DNA of 59,112 nucleotides, counting the filler, from Platydemus manokwari (Eukaryota), in NCBI GenBank assembly GCA_037951405.1. It is 6 parts of 6 records of this genome, joined end to end, with 100 filler letters (N's around TTAATTAATTAA, not from the genome) between each part and the next. Parts side by side here need not be neighbours in the genome. Positions count along the whole stretch, not along the records: positions 49,936 to 59,112 come from JBBMOY011287539.1; 5 more parts are not named here. One strand, 5' to 3'. A program made the position numbers and the translations under genes. The first letter of the stretch is position 1. Every line of letters begins with the position of its first letter. The notes beneath the pieces are model-generated. The model was given only the letters and a program-made list of their open reading frames with translations, did not search any database and was not told the DNA's origin. This document shows positions 50,461-59,112 of this stretch, in pieces.

Positions 50461-51726
50461 ATTTAATTCAATTTTAATACTCTCTTAAATATTAAACTAA
50501 TTGGATGAATTCGATGCAGTCAAATATACCAATTATTTCTTGTGTTTGCATTAAAAGAAACAATTTGAGAATCCATTAAAACAAAAAATACATTTCATTT
50601 ATGATGAATATTTTTTATTTGTTTGAAATCGAATAAAGTTATTCTCTTTCGATTGAATTTATTATTTGTCTCATTTATCAGTCAAATTCCCCATATTTTC
50701 TATGTTTTTCAAAAATTATTTACCATAAAAGCTTCGAATCGTTTCCGTTCCAATGTTTTGAAATATTTTTTATGTTTCTCAAATAAATCCAATTAAGTTT
50801 TCTCATAGATTTTTGAATTTATTTTTTAACTTTTTTTTTCAAAACATCTTCAAGAGAACTGGAGTTGTAAGTAAGATTGTTGTGGATTTCTAAATCATTC
50901 CTTGAATTCGAAACACCAACAATGTCGAGATGTACATGATTTTATCTCTATCATTCATATTACTAGAATCAATATTCTTTGATGTGCTTAAGTACTTCTA
51001 GCAATTACCCTTAAAGAGCTTTTAGTATCTTAGTCACGTTGTTAAATAAGAAGATGATGTAGTTGATGAGGAAACATAATTCAATGATGCTTGTCAGGAC
51101 GCTACTATTTCATACGTAAAATTGAATTAAAAAAATTTAATTTCTTTTTTAAAAATTATCAGCATTTGAAAATCTTCACAATGATTTTTTCAAAATCCTT
51201 TCAATGAATATATTCGATTTTAAGTCCCTGTGCTAATCCTTAAATATTGTAGCACAATTATCACTAACAAGTAACGTTTCGTTATCAAAAATATTTTATA
51301 CTATGGAATTTCTTCAAAATGGTTATTGCTTACACTTTTAATTTTAATCCTAACATATTAGCTCACAAGAATATAATTATATGATTGTCAGAAAATTTGC
51401 CGTTTGCCTTTAGTTCTTTAGAAGTTGTAAATACATTTAATTTCCAGAAATATACAGTGTCTTCGCAATTTTTTAAACATCTCCACGTCCTTGTTTCTTC
51501 AATATCGATTTATCAAGAATTAAGCCAGCCTTTCGATGCATTTTACAATTATTCTTTCCAAAAACATTGCAAACATCAAACCTTGAATTGCTTATACAAT
51601 GCAACATCAACATAATAGCTACTACGGAATGTGATTTTCCATTCTATTTGATATTTAAATTTGATTCCTGAATGGAATTTCGAAATTTAATAAAATAATT
51701 TTACAACCTGATGAGAAACTGTATTT

Positions 51727-51979
51727 GACTTAAGTTAAGAAAAAGGGTCCTTTGACCTACTTTCGTTATAATGAATTTCACCCATATAATAACTTTATAA
51801 TTTAATTTTACATATGACTGCTATGTTTGATTGATTCGTATAATTCAGTTAATATCTCGTTTTTCAAGTTCCCATTCAAAATGTTTATAAAGAATATAAC
51901 TAAATAAACTATATAGATTTTTGCAATACACTCAACAAATTGAAAATTTCTTTGTAGGACCCTTTTCCTAATTTTAGCC
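51727..51979. mobile_element. Short Merlin-derived MITE
   Basis: GACTTAAGTTAAGAAAAAGGGTCC ... GGACCCTTTTCCTAATTTTAGCC termini; both subterminal regions are shared with the longer copies. Confidence 0.7.
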
Positions 51980-53419
51980 GACCATTTAAGAATAAAGCAA
52001 CCAATGAACAGAAAAATATTGCGTGCATAATTTATGATTTTGATTTTAAATACTGTTTAGGAATTGGTGTTTGGAAATTGTGACAAAAGTTGTTTTGATT
52101 TGAGCTTCTCAGCTTCGTTTTCAAGTAAATATCATGTGTACATGTAACATGAAACCAATTCTACACCAGAAACAAAGCAGGGATGTTGAATTTGTTTGGT
52201 TAAATAAGCTAAGTAAATACTGAAGCAAAAATATTATCATTGAAAGTAATCTTATTATGATGCCTGTTTGAAATATTTATTTATTTATTTGACTGAGTTG
52301 TTCCTAAAGATTACCGATTTTCATTTTCAGTGATTAAGTATGACGAGAATCTTTCGTAATTATTTCTTTCAGATATTCGTGGGGTTCTGTAGTGACTACA
52401 ATCGATTTTCAATAATTTCCATTCTGAAGCCAATGGGAATTAGTATTTTGAATGAAAAATTTTTTCGAAATCTTTATATCGGTTTAGATAAAATTTAAAA
52501 ACCTAAATTTCAAAATAATTTATTTATAAAATTGATTCAGTAACACCCAAGTGGTTTCAAAGATTGTTGAGAATTTTTTCTTGTAGAATCATTGATTGGT
52601 GAATGGAAAGGGTTGATAAAAAGTCAAAATTATGTTTGTAGCGATATTGGAAATTATTACTGGAGAAAAGAAAATCCATATTTTTCTCATCAGATAATTA
52701 TTTCAAATTCTAAATCATCACAGTGATATAAATTAGAAAATGTATTTTTTTGTATTTTTTTTTGCTAATGGATAAATGATGATAATTTTCTTGGCCAGAT
52801 TCCAAAGCCATCATTTATCCAATATGTAATGATTTACAAATAATTTTGTTTCGTATTATTTATTTCATTTTTCAGATAAAATTGAAAAACAAATGCGTTG
52901 TGTATCAGATTCTGATTTTTCATCACATAAAATTTTCAATTTCTCACTTTCACTGGATTCATTGTTCGGTAAAATCTAATTAAGGAAGCTTTTAATTATA
53001 AATTTCAAAATAATTAGATTGAATATGTTATTTATAATCGTCCCTATAGTTCTGATAATCCTTAGATGACATCGTTATCGTGTTTAATAAAATATAAGAG
53101 TTATTGATTTTATTAACCTATAGATCGATATTTCGAGATGGGCTTTTATCGTGATTGACTGGAGAACCTATTTTAATTTCTGATTAACTCGATCAATTTA
53201 AATATTTTCATAGTTTTGCTAAAATAATTTTATAATTTAGGTCACTAGTAAATATTTGATTCATTTGTTTTTGGAAGAAAAGTAAGGAAATAATGAGTGC
53301 TGTATTAAATATGGCCACTTAGTCAAATAATTCAATTCAATAATGAGAAATTAACTACATAATCTATTACTAGAACTACACTCAAAGAAGTATAAATGCT
53401 TTGAATAAAGCTTTGAACT

Positions 53420-54700
53420 TCAAAATGCCAAAATACGATTGGTGGAATTCATTATCAAATTATTAGATCAAGAATATTGAAAACTGACTGGCTTTCAACA
53501 ATTAAAACCCAAATATTGCTTTCGATTTATTACAAGGCATGATCACTAGATAATGATTATCTAAAATGGAATTTTCAAATAAGAATGAAATCGTGATCCA
53601 AGTTAGCCAAGAATGTGAACTGCCAATATCAAAAAACAAGAATTTACTTGCAAATTTTCATTGGAAAATGTAAGATCTTCATCAATGACATCAAACGCTC
53701 ATTCGATACGTTGAAGAACATGATATTTGTACCTCGCGAGAAATTCTTCATTTCTCAAGCTACAAAAAATAAATTATACTCAAACTATCGAAGCTTGTTG
53801 CCCAACAACCTGGATATCAAAAAAGAGGATACATGAACCCAGAATCAACTAGTTGCATGCAATCCGACAATGTGATTGAGTCTTTGCGAAACATTAGCAA
53901 ACTAAATGTTCACAAGAGAGACGTTATTCATAGATTAATATAATGGAAGATAATTTGGAAATGATGTATTGGTTGCGATAACTCGAAACTTCATTGTTTT
54001 ATTCACAGTATTGAGCTATTTCTCTGTTAAAAGAAAGTTATACAAAATGATGAACTACATCTAACGAACATACCATTGTTAGTATTATGGAATATTAAAA
54101 AGAAAAGATTCAAATTCAGTATAAGGATAATAACTTTAGTATCACACGATATTGCTACAAAAGAGAACCCAATTATTTATGGCCTGTTATAATGACATCT
54201 TTATTCATAAACATAACAAGACTTTATAAAACCTACCAAACCTGTCCTAAAGAATACATCAATGTTCAATAAAACAGATCTTAATTCATCGAAGAAACTC
54301 CGAATTTATGGAATAAATATCATCCAAAAGATTACAATGTACTTGTTGGTTATCATTGATAAATTTAACAAAAGGTGATTAAATAAGAGGTAAAGAGATA
54401 TATTAATTACACCATGTATATAATTTTAGGAAACCACAAAGAAATTTGTGCTAAAGGGGAATAATTTTCAAAACTCAATGCAAAAAGCATGTCCAAGATT
54501 GGAATTAAAAAGAAATATATCTCTTCTAACTCGTTAATCAAGCGATTTCAACACAATATTTCTAAAATATTGGATATCGGGTTAAAACTAGAATAACCAT
54601 CTTGACTAAAAGAATTCTCTATTAATACAATTCAGCAGAATACTACAAAATTATCATCGTTTAAAATACTTTATCAAGACTTTATCAAGAAATAATCAAA
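53420..54700 (+). mobile_element. Highly decayed LTR-retrotransposon pol remnant (integrase core recognisable)
   Basis: Fragments YLLVIIDKFNKR (~54340), IGIKKKYISSN..LIKRFQHNISKIL (~54500-54570) and INTIQQNTTKLSSFKILY (~54625-54675) occur in integrase order; many stops; 5' boundary approximate. Confidence 0.55.
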
Positions 54701-57492
54701 AGAAAATAGAATGAAACTGCTTGCAAAATGCCAGATATGGAATGGAGAATAAAGGGAGAAAAATAATTAGTACTGAATGGTGTTCACAAAGAGTCAAGTA
54801 ATTGACTAGATGTGCTTAAGTAATTTTAATTTATTTAAATTATTTTTTATTTTTTAAACTATTTTTAATGAAGCTAAAATAAAAATGATATTATAACTAA
54901 ATGACTGGTGTGTTGATATGCATTGATATGCAACAAAAATAAAATCACAACAGGTGTTTATGGTCAAGTAATAATTGATATGTCAGTGATAGACAGTGGA
55001 TTCTGTCCTAAAATGAAAAGTAACGCTATCTGCCAAACTGGTAAATCAATAGACTAGCGGTTGAAAATGAACTCATGTAACCATTATAGATAATACGAAA
55101 ATTACTATTTTAGTTTATTATTGTTTGGATTATCTGGATTATCATCATCTAGACATAATATACCTTCGATTTGCTTTTATCCAAAGATGATATTTACCCA
55201 GACCACGATGATATTTTCTTAATCCTATTTTCAATTTGTAGAATTATTTCTCATATTTCTGTGAATGTTTAAATGTCTCCTTTGATTTTATTTTTATCTG
55301 TTATTAAAGTCTCAAGACTGTGGGACAAACATTGTCAGAAATGAAAACATCTTCAGAAAGATGATATTCTATTTTAAAATTTTTGGAGTTTTATTATTAA
55401 ATTACAGGATAAAAATAGCCAAAATAAATTTAAATTGCTATAAATAAATGTTGATTACTTGCTCTAACATTCGGAATATGATTATGTTCATTAAAAATAT
55501 TAAAGAATATTTAAAATTTTAACATAATTTATTTTTGTTTATCGTTACGTGATAATTGATTAAAAGAATAGCATTTAAAATATAATTATTTTGTTGATTT
55601 TCAAGTTTTAATTTTAAGATTAAAAAAACAAACTATTTTCGAATAAAAATATAATTTCATAACTATTCTTCACATGACAATAGCAGATTTAATTTGAAAA
55701 ATAATATTAAATTAGAATACAATTCATAAATATTTAATCAAATTTTTATTAAATCCATTACTAATAATTTCAGACAATAACAGAAATACTCACTTGTTTA
55801 TTAACAATAAATATGAATGTATTTCGATAAAAATATTTCGCTTAATCTATTCTCAAAAATGAAACACATCTTATAAAATATATGTGTTGAAAATTCTCAT
55901 TGGCAGATTATTTTTCAAATCAACGAAAAGAATATTTCAGAAATTTATCTCACAAATAAAAGTTGAAGAATTTTTTTTTCGATTATAACTTCACCTTGTC
56001 TATTGATTGTTTTTATGAAGTACAGTATTTGGTTACGTTTTCTGTTGTACATCATCTTAAGCACGTTCAATGAGAAAAATAATATTTAATAATTAACAAT
56101 TATTATATTATTATTATTATTATTATGATAATTTAAATTTTCATTTTATTAAATTATAATATAATCATCATTACTTTGAAAAGAACATTTATATTATTAT
56201 CATTTGTAGTCTTAGTATTATTAATATTATTAATGAAAGTATTATTTCATTGAATATTATTATCGTCGTTTTATTATTATTTTGATAATGGTCTAATTTA
56301 TCATTATTTTTTGCCCTTGTTTAAGTAAAAGTCTATAAGTACTAGATATCATGACTAAAACATTGATGAAGGCGTGCGACGTGACAAATTAAGGTTGACA
56401 GCGCACTGAAAAATTTATTTAAGAAATCTCGATCACTGTCACTGATTTGTTTTGTTTACGAATTCTCCAATTCTAACCCCTGGCGTATTCACCTTCATGA
56501 GTTCGTAGCTATTGATTTCAGAAACTAATGTTTTTCTGAATAAATTAAAAATTGTCGTTTCCTGTTTAAGAATTATCAAAATCATGACTCCTGATTCTTC
56601 AAGTGTTTCCAGTTATTTTTATTTATCAACGAAATTTTTTAGTCGGAAAACGAAAATAAAATCTATTGAAGTTAGTTTAGTTTTTTTACTTGGCTGTAGT
56701 AATAGTTTATATTTAGAAAATTTTTTGTTGTGTCGTACCATTTATTTAATTTTCTTACAACATTAATCTATTTTAAATATCATTTTTAATATCTCGATTT
56801 ATTTTCGAAGCAATACTTTTATAATTTACATTCATTAGGTCTTCAATACGCCTCATTGTCGGGCTTATTCAAATCAATATCTATGACTAAAACCGAAAAA
56901 TCATTACAGAACATTTTTCATTATTCATTACAAATAAAGCCGATTCTTGATTATTATATCAAATTTATAAAATCTAGCCATTGTTATTCACAAATAAATA
57001 ATCCCAGAAACAAAAATCGAACTGATATAACATACTAAAACATCAGAATTTGAAAACAACTGGTGGCCAAATTAGTTGTTCTCAGAGGGCTTTAAAGCTG
57101 AAGGCTAAGAGAATGAGGAAGATGATTTTCAAGATTGAAAATGTTTATTATTGATTGATTCTATTTAATAGGATTTTGAAGATTTATCGAATTACCAAGA
57201 TTTTGGTGAGTTTATAATTTTAATGTTTTATTGACTCTGAGTATTGATTCTCAATACTGTTACGTTGTATTTTTACCTCACTCTTCAACATCAATATTCT
57301 ATTTATTGGTATTTTATCAGTATTATTTTTTATTTTCATTAACAGCATGGTCTAAATAATATTAATAATAATTTTATAAATATTATTATTTTATTATTAA
57401 TATTAATAATAATTGTGTTGAGTGAGACGGAATCTTGCAAAAAGAAAAACAGATTTACATCTTGTAATCATTGTTTTAGCACTCTAAACGTT

Positions 57493-57782
57493 TGTAAACC
57501 TACACAATCATACATAAATGACAATGAACCAATCATCGTTGACTTAGGTGGAACATAATAATTCAAAAAGGGAAATAGCCACACACGACAACACACACGT
57601 GTGAATTGACCAATCGCACACATACAGATATCGAATACAAATACCGATGTAAAGTTGGCTATATTCGAGTAGGAAGCCAAGTTTTCTTCGAGTTTTTTGA
57701 GACATTGTCTTGAGTTTTAGAGTCGTTAAAAGTTAAATTTTTGTTGTATGTTTTTAGTTTGAAATGAAGCTTGGTGTCAACA
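57493..57782 (+). repeat. LTR-like dispersed repeat related to 20791-21110
   Basis: Starts TGTAAACC and could end ..CAACA; shares colinear blocks with the 20.8-kb copy; TSD not confirmed. Confidence 0.45.
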
Positions 57783-59112
57783 ATTATTTGGCTATCCACA
57801 AGTTATTCCCCAACAATAGCATTATTATCTCTTAAGTTACACGTTAAAACCAAACAAGACATAAAACATATTCCAGGTTTCGAATTTAATTGAGCTGCTT
57901 TTAGCCTATTATTCTAATTCAGCAATCAGTTCCATTTTTAATGGTTAGGGTTACATTGATTGAAGAGAAAATTAGTTTTTTACCTCGGAAATAAAATTGC
58001 TCAAAAAATTTCCTCCCAATAATTGCGATCAATTATTCAAACAAAATCGAAACTAATTTATCATTTCTTAAATTCAATCCTTGGACTAATACATCAAACG
58101 AAAATCCAAAATGATAATGATATCTTTATTAATTTCGTTTCAATCCCGCTGCAATCCAACGCTTTATGTTTTCCTGCTCATGTTTATTCGTTGTTTTTTT
58201 GGAATATTACAGTAAAAATCTATAAAGAAGAAAGTATTGCGATGAACGTAAGAAAATTAAGTTATTAAGGAAAAAATGTATGTTTACAGATATCCATAAT
58301 TGGTGCATATTTAACTATGATAGTCCATTGGTACAACTGTTTCGTAATCAATAAAGACAGATCCTAGTAACCAAATCAAAATTTGAAACTCTTTCAATCC
58401 TTTTTTACGAAGTAGTTGCAGTTAACATGACAACCATCCCTTTGGATTCAATTCTGAGAAGTTTGATGCCAGAAAGGCATAAAATATGAAGTTTTACAAA
58501 AAGAAATCTTCAGATAAAAGAATGAAATATTATCAAGATTGGATCGGTTGAACAAATGAATTATGAAGATAATAAAGATAGTACAGAAGATTAAGAATTC
58601 ACAGAAAATGTTTATATGTAGATAAACATAACTATATTTGGCTCCAGAAAGTATGGAAAATGAAGAATATAAATAAAGAAATGAATAACAAGAAATGTGA
58701 AGCAAAATAAAAACATTAAAGAAAGAGGAATCTGATAATTTTAAAACTTTGATAAATAATCATTTAAAAGAATGGCAGAAGATTAAAATATAACCTTCAG
58801 TTAATTTATTTAAATTTTGGTCATAAAACAACGCTTAACAACTTTTGTAGAGCATTTATATGGTTCGGTTTTGTCAGTTCATTTTATGCAATAATTTCCT
58901 AAAATCGTTTATTTAAAAATAAAGGCTAAAGTCAAGAAATGGAATCCTAAAATAAATTTTTTAATTTGTTGAGCGTATTGTAAAAATTTATATAGTTTAT
59001 TTAATTGTATTCTTTAAAAAAAATTTTAAATTATTTATTTATTGGGTCTATAACTTAAAAACCGGAATTTTTTTAGAACAATTGAGTGTTTATTAAAGAA
59101 AATCTTGTACAA

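Noticed and set aside
51480-51600. Minus-strand ASKGWLNS resembling a pogo/Tigger transposase motif
   Set aside because: Single motif in stop-riddled sequence; no TIRs identified.

Overview
Very AT-rich eukaryotic genomic DNA with short (about 45-60 bp) GT-AG introns and (ATT)n microsatellites. The composition suggests a free-living flatworm (Schmidtea-like), but that is inference. The scaffold is broken by five 100-bp N-TTAATTAATTAA-N linkers and one 10-N gap. Spliced genes reconstructed by hand are: a small EGF-domain gene missed by the ORF track (minus, ~8.3-8.9 kb), a 174-aa orphan with a C-terminal transmembrane segment (plus, 10866-11683), a 374-aa protein with six mostly matrin/U1-type zinc fingers (minus, 12411-16209), the 5' half of endophilin A (plus, 30831-31618), and the 3' half of gamma-tubulin complex component 6 with its NxHGH repeats (plus, ~32393-34618). 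The rest is a transposon graveyard: four Merlin DNA transposon copies (one with a transposase remnant and a nested solo LTR with a perfect 5-bp TSD), a piggyBac-type MITE, a mariner remnant and two degraded Gypsy pol fragments. The most unusual feature is a minus-strand element with two paralogous gag genes in tandem, separated by an unknown ORF and with no recognisable pol; a third decayed gag of the same family lies 7 kb downstream.
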